Below are positions 45,008 through 56,048 of a stretch of 64,000 nucleotides of DNA, in pieces. The position numbers and the translations under genes were made by a program. The notes under the pieces are model-generated. The model ran no database searches and was not told the origin of the DNA. It saw only the letters and a list, made by a program, of their open reading frames with translations. Numbering within the stretch: the first letter of the stretch is position 1; every line of letters starts with the position of its first letter. Origin of the DNA: an uncultured Lentisphaerales bacterium (GTDB taxonomy: Bacteria; Verrucomicrobiota; Lentisphaeria; JABSQK01; UBA12247); assembly GCA_943788985.1 (NCBI GenBank), contig CALSSJ010000007.1:10268-74267 (forward strand), given 5' to 3'.

Positions 45008-45487
45008 CTAGAGAAAATTGATGGTCAGCGGGTAGCGCCAGAGGACGCCTTCCTTGGCTTTGATGGCCCCGATAATCGGGTAGACCACGGTGAGGATACC
45101 AAGGATGATCAGCGGGATGAAGCCGATGACAATCAGGCAGAGTAGCCCGGAGACCACGGAATAGAGAAAAAGCGAAATGATCCAGTTTACAATCATTTTC
45201 CCATGCTCATCCACTGCGCTTGAGGTGTCCTTCTTCGCGACCCACATCGCGATGGGGACGATCAGCCCGCCGAGTGGGATCAAGTAGCCAAGCAGCTGTG
45301 TCAGGTGCATGCACAGCAGATATGTGTCTTCGTCTTTCATTAAATCACCCACTCCAGTTCCAAGATCCTTGATCACATCGCGGTCTTCTTTCAACAGCGC
45401 GGCCTTCGCCGTCTCGAACTCCTCGTCAGTCAACGCGCCAGCGGCGTGCAACTCCTGCAGTTTTTCCAGTTCATCGCTCAGGCTCAT
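45008..45487 (-). CDS. SHOCT + DUF4870 family membrane protein
   Basis: DELEKLQELHAAGALTDEEFETAKAALL (SHOCT); HLTQL...HGKMIVNW...GAIKA...YP; GGAGG SD. Confidence 0.85.
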   Translation of the reverse strand: MSLSDELEKLQELHAAGALTDEEFETAKAALLKEDRDVIKDLGTGVGDLMKDEDTYLLCMHLTQLLGYLIPLGGLIVPIAMWVAKKDTSSAVDEHGKMIVNWIISLFLYSVVSGLLCLIVIGFIPLIILGILTVVYPIIGAIKAKEGVLWRYPLTINFL

Positions 45488-45658
45488 CGCCTTCCTCCAT
45501 TCAGTCGCTCAGTTCGCATCCGTGCAGTTACTGTGCAGGCCACAGGTCAATCCGCAAAGCTACGAGGTGATGTTTATCGGTACTGGCATTCAGATCGAGA
45601 CACCGCCGAATCTTACGCGAGGAACGGACGCATTAGTGACGTCTATATATGTGGTGCC

Positions 45659-45736
45659 CAAATGATGTGCCCTCATTTGATTGACAGGTCCGACACGATA
45701 CTGTTTTGGTTTACTCATCTGAGCACAATCTCAGAT
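45659..45736. promoter_or_regulatory. Two inverted repeats flanking a TTGACA hexamer upstream of the transport operon
   Basis: CAAATGA-N7-TCATTTG (45659-45679), TTGACA (45681-45686), ATCTGAG-N6-CTCAGAT (45717-45736). Confidence 0.45.
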
Positions 45737-45801
45737 TCTGCGCCAAATTGATGGTGAAAATTGCCCACGCTCGACAAGATGATTAGCTTGGTTTCTTCCG
45801 T

Positions 45802-47829
45802 ATGACGCTCCGTAATTGGCTACGCGGCGGATCGCTCGGATTTCTGGGCGTGTTCCTAATCACCGGGCTCACCTATTTCAACGACAGCTTGCTGCAAGGC
45901 ACGTTCCTAATCGGGAACAACATGCCGTTCAGTGTCTATGGCACGCTCGTATTGATACTGGTGGCAAACGGAGCGGTTTACGGTGTGGCACGCAAGCTGG
46001 CGCTGACCGGGCCCGAGGTGGCACTGGCCATGGGGCTGACTCTGGCAGCCTGCTGTATCCCGGGCTCGGGGCTGATGCGGACGTTTCCCAGCAGCATTAT
46101 CCTGCCGCATCACTACGCCAAGACCAAGATCGCCTGGCAGAATTCTGATATTCTCTCGTACACACCCAACCAGATGCTTGTGGACGTGTCGGGCGATGAG
46201 AGCGGCGTGCTGCTCGAATATATCCAAGGACGAGACGGCAAGCCCGGAGATCCGCCGTGGGGTGCCTGGATGGAGACCCTGGGATTCTGGATCCCGCTGG
46301 TTCTGCTGATCTGGTTTGCCCTGCTTGGGCTCGCGCTGGTGGTGCATCGCCAGTGGTCGGAACATGAGCACCTGCCGTATCCCCTTGCCACCTTTGTCGA
46401 ATCCCTGCTGCCGTCGGATAACGGGGAGAAGTCCAGCGTCTTTCGCAGCCGGTCGTTCTGGGGTGCCTTCACCGTGGTCTTCCTGATCTACACGAATAAC
46501 TACTTGGTGACGGTCACCGAGATTCCCTGGATTCAAATGAACCTGTCGGTCGATATGCAGACGATCTTTCGCTACTTTGGGATCGTGAGCCCCGGACGAA
46601 TGGGCGCGCTGACCATTTACTTCAGCGTCATCGCCTTTGCCTTTTTCATTGCCACGCACGTCTCGTTTTCGGTCGGGATCTCGGCGTTTCTACACGCCAT
46701 TTTGGTTACAGTGCTGGTGGGAGCTGGTCTAAATATCAACGACGGCGGCTATTTCGCACCGAATCCGCAGAAGTTCATGATCTTCGGGGCATTCCTGATG
46801 ACGGCGCTGATCGTGGTCTATATCGGCCGAGACTACTACAAGCGCGTCGTCATGGCAGCAGTGGGCGCTGGTAAAGGCGGGCAGAAGATTGAGAGACACG
46901 CCATCATTGGCCTCTGGCTGGCCGTAGTTGCGACCATCGTAGCAATCGCCTGGATTACGCAATTGGGGCTGGACTGGCAGATTTCGACGCTGTACATCCT
47001 TTTCACCCTGATGTGTTTCTTTATTCTCTCCCGCATCCTCGCCGAGACAGGGCTGTTTTTCGTGCAGGCGTACTGGCTGCCATGCACCATTCTCATTGGC
47101 GCCCTGGGCCCCCAGGCGCTGGGTACCTCAACCATGATCACGTTACTGCTGCTCAGTATGGTCCTGCTGGTCGATCCGCGGGAGGCGTTTATGCCCTTTA
47201 TCGTGAATGTGTTGCGGGTCTCGGATCGCAAGAAGGTGAAACTTCCAGCCATGAGCGGTGGCATCATGGTCGCAGTGGTAGTCGGGCTGCTATTCTGCAC
47301 TTGGTTGACCGTCGGCCTGCACTACCGCTACGGCGGCCCGATGATGGATGTCTGGGCGACAGCCATGGTTCCGGTAATGCCGTTCGATACCGTCATCAAG
47401 GAGCATCAGCGCCTGGAAGCACAGGGCACCCGTGAACAGGCAGACGCGATTTCTGGCTTTGCCCGGTTTGGCGCGGCCAAACCGCAGGAAACCGATTTCA
47501 GCATCTTCTTTGCCTTGGGAATGGGGCTCGTTTTACTCTGCACGATGGCCCGCTTACGCTGGACCTGGTGGCCGTTGCATCCGGTCGCCTTCTTGATCTG
47601 GGCGAGTATGCCAGCCTATGCCTTTGCCTGGAGCTTTCTCATTGGCTGGGGGATTAAGGCCGCAGTCATGAAGTACGGCGGTGGCACCGTCTACCAGAAA
47701 CTCAAGCCGCTAATGTTTGGCCTGATCGCCGGAGAGCTCGTGGCTCTGCTCATCCCGTCACTCATCAGTATCCTCTGGTTTGTCGTGACTGGTGATAAAC
47801 TCCCACCCTTCAGGGTGATGCCAGGATGA
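45802..47829 (+). CDS. Large polytopic membrane protein, DUF6785/DUF6784-like (OPT-superfamily-like)
   Basis: 675 aa, ~16 TM; motifs RQWSEHEHLPYP, RILAETG, WWPLHP, GLIAGE. Family recalled from motifs, not searched. Confidence 0.7.
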   Translation: MTLRNWLRGGSLGFLGVFLITGLTYFNDSLLQGTFLIGNNMPFSVYGTLVLILVANGAVYGVARKLALTGPEVALAMGLTLAACCIPGSGLMRTFPSSIILPHHYAKTKIAWQNSDILSYTPNQMLVDVSGDESGVLLEYIQGRDGKPGDPPWGAWMETLGFWIPLVLLIWFALLGLALVVHRQWSEHEHLPYPLATFVESLLPSDNGEKSSVFRSRSFWGAFTVVFLIYTNNYLVTVTEIPWIQMNLSVDMQTIFRYFGIVSPGRMGALTIYFSVIAFAFFIATHVSFSVGISAFLHAILVTVLVGAGLNINDGGYFAPNPQKFMIFGAFLMTALIVVYIGRDYYKRVVMAAVGAGKGGQKIERHAIIGLWLAVVATIVAIAWITQLGLDWQISTLYILFTLMCFFILSRILAETGLFFVQAYWLPCTILIGALGPQALGTSTMITLLLLSMVLLVDPREAFMPFIVNVLRVSDRKKVKLPAMSGGIMVAVVVGLLFCTWLTVGLHYRYGGPMMDVWATAMVPVMPFDTVIKEHQRLEAQGTREQADAISGFARFGAAKPQETDFSIFFALGMGLVLLCTMARLRWTWWPLHPVAFLIWASMPAYAFAWSFLIGWGIKAAVMKYGGGTVYQKLKPLMFGLIAGELVALLIPSLISILWFVVTGDKLPPFRVMPG

Positions 47830-48701
47830 GTCGCGAAATGCAGACCGTATCTTGGCTGGGCATATCTATAGACGTACCGGCGGAATGGGAATTGCTCCAA
47901 TTCTCCCGCATGGCTAAGGCCGGAAATCTGGCTTGGGCCGATCGTTATGAGTTTCGCCTGGAGCTGACCTGGAAGGAAGCTGCCAGTGCCCCGGATCTCG
48001 ATCGCATCATGGATGACTATAAAGCAAGCCTGGTGGAGGAAGACCAGCCAGCGCCACAGCCGACATCGTGGGGGACCTGGCAAGGCTTGGTGGATGTCCA
48101 GCCTGGCGGCATGTCCCGATATGGCCATTACGAGGAAAGCGTCGGCCGTCTGTTAGAGCTGGTTTTTCTCTGGGAGAAGGAGCGGGACATGGACTTGGAA
48201 TACGCCGTGCTCAACAGCGTCAAGCCTGTGGACCACTGGCAGGCCTTTGGCTTGGAAGTGCGAACTCCGCAATTCCTGGAAATGACCGAATGCACCGTCC
48301 AGCCGGCCAATGTGCAGTGGACCTTCAGCGACAGTAAAAAGGCCAAGCATTCCTGGCACTTCGAGCGCATGGGCATGCTTGACGCTTGGCTCAACGTCCC
48401 GCTGGCTGCCTGGCTGCTCGGGAAGGAGCCAGTGGACCTGATCGATCGTCAGCCACAAGAAGCTCAGATCGCGGGTCATGACCTTGCCACCGTCACGGGG
48501 TTCGTGCCCGCCCTAAAATTTCCGCAGTTCAGCAAGCGCAGTGGCCGCTTTATCGGCGCGGCATGGGTCTGCCCCGTGGACAACCGCCTGTACTATGCCT
48601 CCATGATCGTGCCGCGTGACTACGAGGCCACGCCACAGCTGTTCGGCGGCAGCCTGCGTTGCTGCCCGGCCTGTACCAGCCATTCATTGGCGGCATCATG
48701 A
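47826..48701 (+). CDS. Hypothetical soluble protein with two similar halves
   Basis: ATGA overlaps on both sides; halves begin WLGISIDVP and WQAFGLEVRTP. Confidence 0.75.
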   Translation: MSREMQTVSWLGISIDVPAEWELLQFSRMAKAGNLAWADRYEFRLELTWKEAASAPDLDRIMDDYKASLVEEDQPAPQPTSWGTWQGLVDVQPGGMSRYGHYEESVGRLLELVFLWEKERDMDLEYAVLNSVKPVDHWQAFGLEVRTPQFLEMTECTVQPANVQWTFSDSKKAKHSWHFERMGMLDAWLNVPLAAWLLGKEPVDLIDRQPQEAQIAGHDLATVTGFVPALKFPQFSKRSGRFIGAAWVCPVDNRLYYASMIVPRDYEATPQLFGGSLRCCPACTSHSLAAS

Positions 48702-49063
48702 CCGAAGATCGCAAAACCTGGCGCCTCATGCTGGCCGGTGTGCCTGTGGCAAACCAAGCCGCAAAAGTCACCTATGTCGACAACTGCGCGCGCATTCTGG
48801 TGAAGCGCCACAAGCCGCATTTCCTGATTGCGCCGCTCTCCTGGGTCATCCGCCCACGTCTTGAGCGCACGGTGGAGCTGGAAGCCCTCGGAACCTACGT
48901 GTACGAGCTCTGTGATGGAAAACGTGATGTGGAACGGATTGTCGATCGGTTCTGCGCGCGGTACAGTCTTACCTTTCACGAAGCACGCGTGCTTGTCACC
49001 AGTTTCCTCCGGGGCTTGGTTGAACGCGGTGTGGTCGTTATCGTCAGTCCGGAGCGTTCATGA
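48698..49063 (+). CDS. PqqD/RRE family protein
   Basis: VELEALGTYVYELCDGKRDVERIV...FLRGLVERGVV matches the PqqD pattern; ATGA overlap at 48698. Confidence 0.82.
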   Translation: MTEDRKTWRLMLAGVPVANQAAKVTYVDNCARILVKRHKPHFLIAPLSWVIRPRLERTVELEALGTYVYELCDGKRDVERIVDRFCARYSLTFHEARVLVTSFLRGLVERGVVVIVSPERS

Positions 49064-50493
49064 AACAGATCGACGTCAAGGATCAGCCAAGTTTGGGCGC
49101 AGCGCGCACCCTGCGCTTGACCATCAATGGCATTCGCTATCGCCTGTTTCGTTCCGCTGTAACCGTGACCGTGATTGTGGTCGCTATCGCCTTCCTCACC
49201 AACAGCCTGGCTGAAGGCTTGGTGCGCCGCGCGGTGGCTGCGGACACCACAAAAGAATTGAAAACAGTCGGCAAGGCCCGCTCTTGGGCGGGACAGCTAC
49301 AGTCCGTGGGAACCCGCACCGGCATCCTGGATGCCTTGGTCGCTGGAGAGCCAATCTTTGGCCCCACCCCAGACGCCACGCTGCTTGGCCAACTGAGCCA
49401 GACCCAGACGCTGATCCAATCACTAGAATCGCTGTCATACGGGCATCGCCGAACGCTCGTGCATAATCGCACAGGCACCACCATGCTGGACTACTTGGCC
49501 ACCACTGATCAACGCGCAGCGACCGAAGCAGCCCTGACCACCAATCGGCGGATTCGCCTCAGCGCCGAGGGGCCCGCCCTGGGAGCAATCCTCGATGCGT
49601 GGCCAACAGTATCCGCAGCGATCGACGCCGAATCAGCGGCCCGCAAAGCCGCGCTGAAGGCCCTAGCCCCCGCCTTGGCCGGGAGTACCCCGCTGGAGTG
49701 CCTGACTGAGGCGGACGGCCCATTCGGCAAGCAGATGCTCGACGCAGGCGTACCATTCCCGAGTGCCGACAGTGCGCTCATCGCGGAACAGGCCAAGGAG
49801 GCGCTCGAGCAAGCCAAGCTCGAGAAATTCATGAGTATGGCCAGCGTACGACAGCGTGTCGCTGCGAGACAAGATCTTCTCCCCAACGATGTGACCGCGC
49901 CATACCTCTGGAAGTCGCTCCGCAGCAAAAAGTTCGCCGATTGGTTTGCGACAGCCTGCGCTGAAGAGGACCCCGAAGCGGTGCTTGCGGGAGAGCGCCT
50001 GCAGGAGCTGGCCGAGCACTACCGCGCCCATCGGCGCCTGGAATCCGCCGCAGCCCTCGGCGCCGGGATCAGTGGTGGTTTTCTTGGCCTTGGCCCGCGC
50101 CTTGGCTGGCTGCTGTTGATCTCCATGATGGTCTGTGGTGTCGGCATCGCTAACGCCATGTTGATGACTGTCACCGAGCGTTTCAAGGAAATTGCCACCC
50201 TTAAGTGCCTGGGGGCGCTGGATGGTTTCGTGATGTTGACCTTCGTGCTTGAGGCCAGCCTACTCGGACTGGCTGGCGGCTCAGTCGGGTCGGTCTTGGG
50301 GATGGGAATTGGGCTCATGCGCATGACCACCGTATATGGTAGCCGCGCGATCAGCGCCGGTAGCGTCACCGAGTTTTTGCTCGGTATTCTCGCGGCCGTT
50401 GCGGTGGGGATCCTGCTGGCCATTGCTGCCGCCATCTATCCCTCGCTTCGCGCCTCGCGCCTCGCCCCGATGGAGGCGATGCGCGTAGAATGA
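49060..50493 (+). CDS. FtsX/MacB-type ABC permease
   Basis: N-terminal TM, large loop, GIANAMLMTVTERFKEIATLKCLGA, YPSLRASRLAPMEAMR. Confidence 0.9.
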   Translation: MKQIDVKDQPSLGAARTLRLTINGIRYRLFRSAVTVTVIVVAIAFLTNSLAEGLVRRAVAADTTKELKTVGKARSWAGQLQSVGTRTGILDALVAGEPIFGPTPDATLLGQLSQTQTLIQSLESLSYGHRRTLVHNRTGTTMLDYLATTDQRAATEAALTTNRRIRLSAEGPALGAILDAWPTVSAAIDAESAARKAALKALAPALAGSTPLECLTEADGPFGKQMLDAGVPFPSADSALIAEQAKEALEQAKLEKFMSMASVRQRVAARQDLLPNDVTAPYLWKSLRSKKFADWFATACAEEDPEAVLAGERLQELAEHYRAHRRLESAAALGAGISGGFLGLGPRLGWLLLISMMVCGVGIANAMLMTVTERFKEIATLKCLGALDGFVMLTFVLEASLLGLAGGSVGSVLGMGIGLMRMTTVYGSRAISAGSVTEFLLGILAAVAVGILLAIAAAIYPSLRASRLAPMEAMRVE

Positions 50494-50533
50494 AGAGGCA
50501 CCTTCCAGAATTCCCCAAGGTAAGGGCGCCGGC

Positions 50534-51328
50534 ATGAGCGAAACATCCACCGAACAGCCAGCAGCGGCTCCTGCTGGCGCTGCTTCTACCGACGCCCCGG
50601 TCATCATTCGGACTGTCCACCTGAAGAAGGAATACGACCGAAAGGGTGTGATTACGCAGGCGCTACGCGGTGTGGACATGACGATCCATTCTTCGGAATT
50701 CATCGCGGTTATGGGACCGTCCGGCTCCGGAAAAAGTACCTTTTTCAATATGATCGGTGGCTTGGACAGCCCCTCGTCTGGCCGTGTCTTCATCGACGAG
50801 GTAGACGTCGCCCAGCTGTCAGCCGGAGAACTCGCGTTTCTGCGCTGCCGCAAGATCGGCTACATTTTCCAGAGCTATAATCTCATCCAGTACCAGACCG
50901 CACTGGAGAACGTCACCACGCCCATGGCTTTCGCGGGAGTAGATCCTGATGAGGCGCGACGCCGTGGCATGGAACTGCTCGATCTGGTCGGGTTGAAAGA
51001 CCGCTGGTTTCATCGCCCTATCGAAATGTCCGGTGGCCAGCAACAGCGTGTGGCCATTGCCCGCTCACTGGCAAATAACCCCATGATCTTGCTGGCCGAC
51101 GAGCCCACGGCCAACTTGGACCTGCGGACGGGCCAGGAAGTGCTAAACATCTTGCAGCGTGTGAACGAAGAGAAGCAGGTGACCATTATTTGTGCCACTC
51201 ACGATCACCGCATGTTGTCTATTTGCGATCGCCTGATCTGGATTCGCGATGGCGGCATCGAGCGCATCGCTCGCCGAGACGAGGTCAACATCGAGGTTGG
51301 CGCCATCGAAGGCGAGGAGGACGAATGA
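50534..51328 (+). CDS. LolD/MacB-type ABC ATPase
   Basis: [46 protein letters not shown]. Confidence 0.95.
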   Translation: MSETSTEQPAAAPAGAASTDAPVIIRTVHLKKEYDRKGVITQALRGVDMTIHSSEFIAVMGPSGSGKSTFFNMIGGLDSPSSGRVFIDEVDVAQLSAGELAFLRCRKIGYIFQSYNLIQYQTALENVTTPMAFAGVDPDEARRRGMELLDLVGLKDRWFHRPIEMSGGQQQRVAIARSLANNPMILLADEPTANLDLRTGQEVLNILQRVNEEKQVTIICATHDHRMLSICDRLIWIRDGGIERIARRDEVNIEVGAIEGEEDE

Positions 51329-54300
51329 AAATCGGTTCTGCCAAAATTCTTGCCGCTTGCCTAAGCCTGTGTCTTTCCCTCTACGCTGGGACATTTAGCG
51401 AGGACACAGCGGCGCTGACTTCCACCCCCACCCGCCTGCTGGGCACCCCTGGCAACGACGCGGCACATGCCTATGTCATCAGCCAGCTCAAGGAAGCAGG
51501 CCTAGCCCCGATTGAACAGCCATTCCGCTTTGCCAAGTATGCCGCCGGGCGTAACGAGTTGGTAGCAGCTGGGAAGTCGCTGCAGTTGCAGCCGATGGCG
51601 CCCAATATGATCATTCCGCCAGTCACACCTCTCGAGGGGGTTACCGGCTGGCTGATTGACGTAGGCGACGGCTCGCTGGCCAACTATCCGCACCCGCTGC
51701 CGGACGGCATGATCGTGGTGATGGACTACGCAAACGGAGACCGCTGGCGTGATGCGTTTCGCTGCGGAGCCCAGGCCGTTATCTTTGTCGGCGCCCCCGG
51801 AGATACCTCGCGCGAATCACAACATTCACTGGCTCCAGCCAACCTCATACGCGCCTACTACGGGGGCCCACGCTCCGCATTGCCCGTGGCACAGACAGTC
51901 ACCTTGCACGTCAGTGCGAACTGGGCACCGACCATCGCGACCAACGTCATCGCAGTCGTACGAGGGACAGATCCCATCTATGACGAGGATCGCGGTCCAG
52001 AGTCTGTGATACTTTCGGCACCGCTCGACTCGTCAGGCGAGGTCCCACACCGCGCCCCGGGCGCACGCAATGCCGCAAACATGGCCGCCTTGCTCCAAAT
52101 CGCCCGCGACTACCAAGCCAATCCCCCGCGGCGCAACACCATCTTCGCGTTCCTGGATGCGGACGCTTGGGGACATCTCGGTGCCGGCTACTTCTACCGT
52201 ATTTTTGAGCGTGAAAAACTGCTTGGAAACGCTGCGCTGAGCATCCGCCAGACCTCTTCCCAGGACGAACAGAGCCATTGGGAAACCGTGCTGGAGCAGC
52301 TAGCCCAAGATGACCCGTTCAGTGGCGACAAAGGCGCGCTGATTCTGAAGGAGATGCAGGACTTGGCGTCCGAGAAAGTCGACCGACTCAACGAGGACAT
52401 CGGCATACTCCGCCTCGCCCAGGAACGGGACAAGGCAGACCATGCAGCCGAGATTGAGGATCTGGCGACGGAGAAAACCGAATGGAATACGATGCGTCGG
52501 TTCGTGGCCACCGAAGACCCAGCAGATTTCAATGAGACCGTTGACAAGCGTCGAAGCCAGCTAATTACTGAGTTTCAGGAAAATATCCAAGCTCGCAAGG
52601 AAGAACTGGCTACGAAAACCCTCGCCCAAGTGGCAGAGGCAGCGGTTTTGGAGCAGGCCGGAGGCCCCTTTGTCTCCCTCCATATCTCACTTGCCCTGAG
52701 CGATGCCAGCGAGCACTGGGGCGTGGCCATCGGCGGCGCTTCGCTCTCGCGCACCGGGTACGATATTGACGGCCTTTATTCGCGCATCGGCGCCGCCTGT
52801 CAGTCCGCCGCCGCAGACTGCGGATCCGAAATGATGGCCGTACAATCGTTCGACGGCAGCCTGGCCAGAGGGGACGCGATCATGGGGACATCCCGCTACA
52901 CGCACAGCGGTGCTATCGCTGGCATGCAGGGAATCTACAACATTTCGCTGGCAACAGTATTCGACTCACGCCCTCGCGAAGGCACCCCCCAGGACACCGT
53001 CGCCGCGCTGAATCTCCCGCGCCTTGCCGCGCTGGCCGCCGACCTGCAGCCCTTCCTGCGCAAGCTGATCGATGAGCCGATGATTTCTAGCGCCCGCGGG
53101 ATTCGCCCAAGCGCCTTCTACCTTTGGCCCGAGTTTGACGGGGATAAGGTTAGGGGCGCGCTGGCGGTAAGCGCCGCAGGCGGCAGTTCGATGCCGAATA
53201 AACGCACGGTAAACGTCATGGTTTGGTCGCAGCTGGGCGATCACGCAGCTGCGATGCAGGCAAAGCACATCCCCGGATTTCACGATGGTTTTTTTGCCTT
53301 TACAGATCACTCGGGTGCCCTCGAAATGGGGCCATTCCCGAGCGTTCGGCGGCCGTCATGGGTCTATGGCTTTGCCGCCACTTTCGACGACCGTGGTGCG
53401 GTCACTCGCGCCCTGGCCGACGACAGCGCCTCCAAGCTTCACGAACGGATGAATCTGTTCGACGTAAGTCATGGCGCCGTTATCCTGCCAGCCACGCTTG
53501 ACGCCACCTTCAAAGCTGACGTGTTGGACGCCAGAACAGACGGAAAGCTTGAGCCAAAACGCAGCGCCGTCCTCACGACCGATGGTGTGACTTCCTGGTT
53601 CTGTCCCAAAAAAATCACGCGCGTCAAGCTCTTCCAGGCGGGCCACCGGGCCACCATTTCTATTCTAGGAGCCGAAGGTGAGGTCGCGACGACCGGAAGC
53701 GCGCTGGGCAAGGGAATCCCAGTATCGGGTAAACTCCCTTCATCTGTGGTCTCGAGCGCAGCCATTGACCTTTGGACCCTAAACGAATCACGCCTAGACC
53801 TGCTACGAAACCGTGGGATCAGTAATCAGTCCCTCGAGGAGCTACACGGCCGAGCACAGGACCTGATTCGGCCAGTTGAGCCGTACACATCCTCCGAAAT
53901 CGAACAGGCCGCGCATTCCATGGCACTCGGGATTCAGCATCGCTCCTACACACCCGTGCGGGCCATGCTGGATGATCTGGTCAAGGCTGTCCTAGTCCTC
54001 CTTGCCCTGAGTGTGCCGTTCGCCTTCTCCCTCGAAAGGCTGCTGCTGGGCTCTACCAAAATTCACAAGCAGATCCTCTGGTTCGTCGGTTTCTTCCTCG
54101 CCACCTTTCTGCTGCTGTATGTCAGCCATCCGGCCTTCGCCATCTCCCAGACACCCGTCATCATCTTTCTCGGCTTCACCATCATTGTGCTCGCTGCCAT
54201 GGTGATCGTGATCATCATGCAGCGTTTTCAGACCGAGCTACGTGTCCTGCAAGGCCTGGAAACCACCGTTCATGCCGCTGACGTCTCTCGACTTGGCACA

Positions 54301-56048
54301 ATCCTGGCTGCGATGAGCATGGGCGTCTCCTCCATGCGTCGCCGGCCTTTGCGCACTGCCCTGACTGCGTTGACGATCATCCTCCTTACCTTCACCATTC
54401 TTGGTTTTGCGTCGTTCGGCGCTGAACGCGCCGTGCTTCAGTTTTACGTGCAGCCAGCTCCTGCCTACCCGGCAGTCAGCACCCACGACCTGTCTTGGGA
54501 GCCCATTCCGGAAGAAACCGCGCGGACAGTGAGCACGCTCTACCAGAACCGAGTAACCGTCACAACGCGCCGCTGGAATAGTGCTGAGCAAAATAAGAGC
54601 CTGCAGGCAGTCCTTGGCACCCCGGACGGCAGCCGCCTCGTAAATTTCGACGGCATCCTCGGCATTGGTGCAGACGAGGCAGCCAGACGGCCCGAGATCG
54701 CAGAAATCCTCAAATCTACGGCTGCCCATGAGCAGAGCGTCTGGCTCACGGCTGCTGCCGCGCAACGCGTCGGGGTAGCCCCCGGTGACTCGGTCATCTT
54801 CAACGGCCAGTCGCTGATTGTCGGTGCGCTGCTGCCCACCGCAAAGCTGACCTCGCTAGAAGACATTGATGGCTCGAGCATCCTGCCTGTCGACTTCTCC
54901 CAAGAAGACCCCATGCAGGCGCCAGCAGCCGAAGATCTCGAAGCTGCTGCGAACGTCGCAAAGTCCTTTACTGCCATCGCCGCAGACGCGGTGGTCATTG
55001 TCGGCACCGAGACTGCCAGAAAACTCAACGCCCCAGTGCGCGGCATCTTTCTCTACCCGGACACACTGGAAACCGCTGACGAGCTCGCGCAGGACCTGGC
55101 ACGCGCGCTCCCTCTTCCTGTGACTGGGACCCGAGCAGATGGCGTCTACCGCAACGTCCTCGGCACCGCCTTGGCTGCCAGCGGCGTCAAATCTCTGTTC
55201 TTCCCCCTGCTTCTGGGCGGCTTGGTGATTTTCGGCACGATGCTCGGCTCCGTCGCGGATCGTAAACAGGAAATTTACACGTTCAGCGCGCTTGGCCTGG
55301 CCCCACCGCACGTCGCCGGGCTATTCTTTGCCGAAGCGCTGATTTACTCCATCATCGGCGGCTCGGCGGCTACCTGCTCGCACAGGGCAGCATGAAAGGG
55401 CTTGAGCTCGTGGCCAATACGGGCATGATCCATCTGCCCGAGATGAACTTCTCCTCGACCAATGCGATCGTGACCATCGTTATCGTCATGGGCACCGTTA
55501 TGATCAGCGCGATCTACCCCGCAATTCGAGCCTCAAAATCTGCCAACCCCGGCGTCTTGCGCTCCTGGAAACCACCCGCACCCGTCGGCGATTGCCTTTC
55601 CCTGACCTTCCCGTTTACCGTCAGCCAGTACGACATTACCGGAGTCGTTAGCTTTCTGCGTGAGCATTTTGACGCCTGTAGCGACGTCGGTATGGGGGCA
55701 TTCATGACCAGATCTTCGTCGCTTAAAAGTCGAGACGACGGCCAATTACAACTCGACGCCCAACTGGCCCTGGCCCCCTTTGACCTTGGCGTCACACAGT
55801 CATTCTCGCTGTTCAGCAAGCCCAGCGATATCGAAGGAATCGATGAAGTGGGAATCGAGATTGTGCGCCAGTCGGGCCAACCGCGCGACTGGGCCCGTCA
55901 GAACAAGGTCCTCTTGGACGACCTTCGGACCCAGTTCCTGCTGTGGCGCGCCCTGCCCAAAGAAACCGTAGAAATGTACCGCCTGCGCACGCTCGAATCG
56001 ATCGGCGGTGGGAGGCAAGCAGCGCAATCTGGAGTGGCCAATGGCTGA
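51325..56048 (+). CDS. ~1570-aa fusion: signal peptide, PA/M28-peptidase-like domain, TM bundle and FtsX permease; frameshift near 55362
   Basis: NVIAVVRG, APGA..A..MAALLQIAR, GTPQDT; RRRPLRTALT, SVADRKQEIYTFSALGL. Restoring one base gives IIGGLGGYLLAQGSMKGL...IYPAIRASKSANP. Confidence 0.85.

Noticed and set aside
37052..49063. Lasso-peptide cluster (AsnB-like cyclase plus PqqD/RRE)
   Set aside because: The AsnB has a full N-terminal Cys glutaminase domain (MCGIVG) and sits in a glycosyltransferase cassette ~10 kb from PqqD. No B2 protease or precursor is visible.
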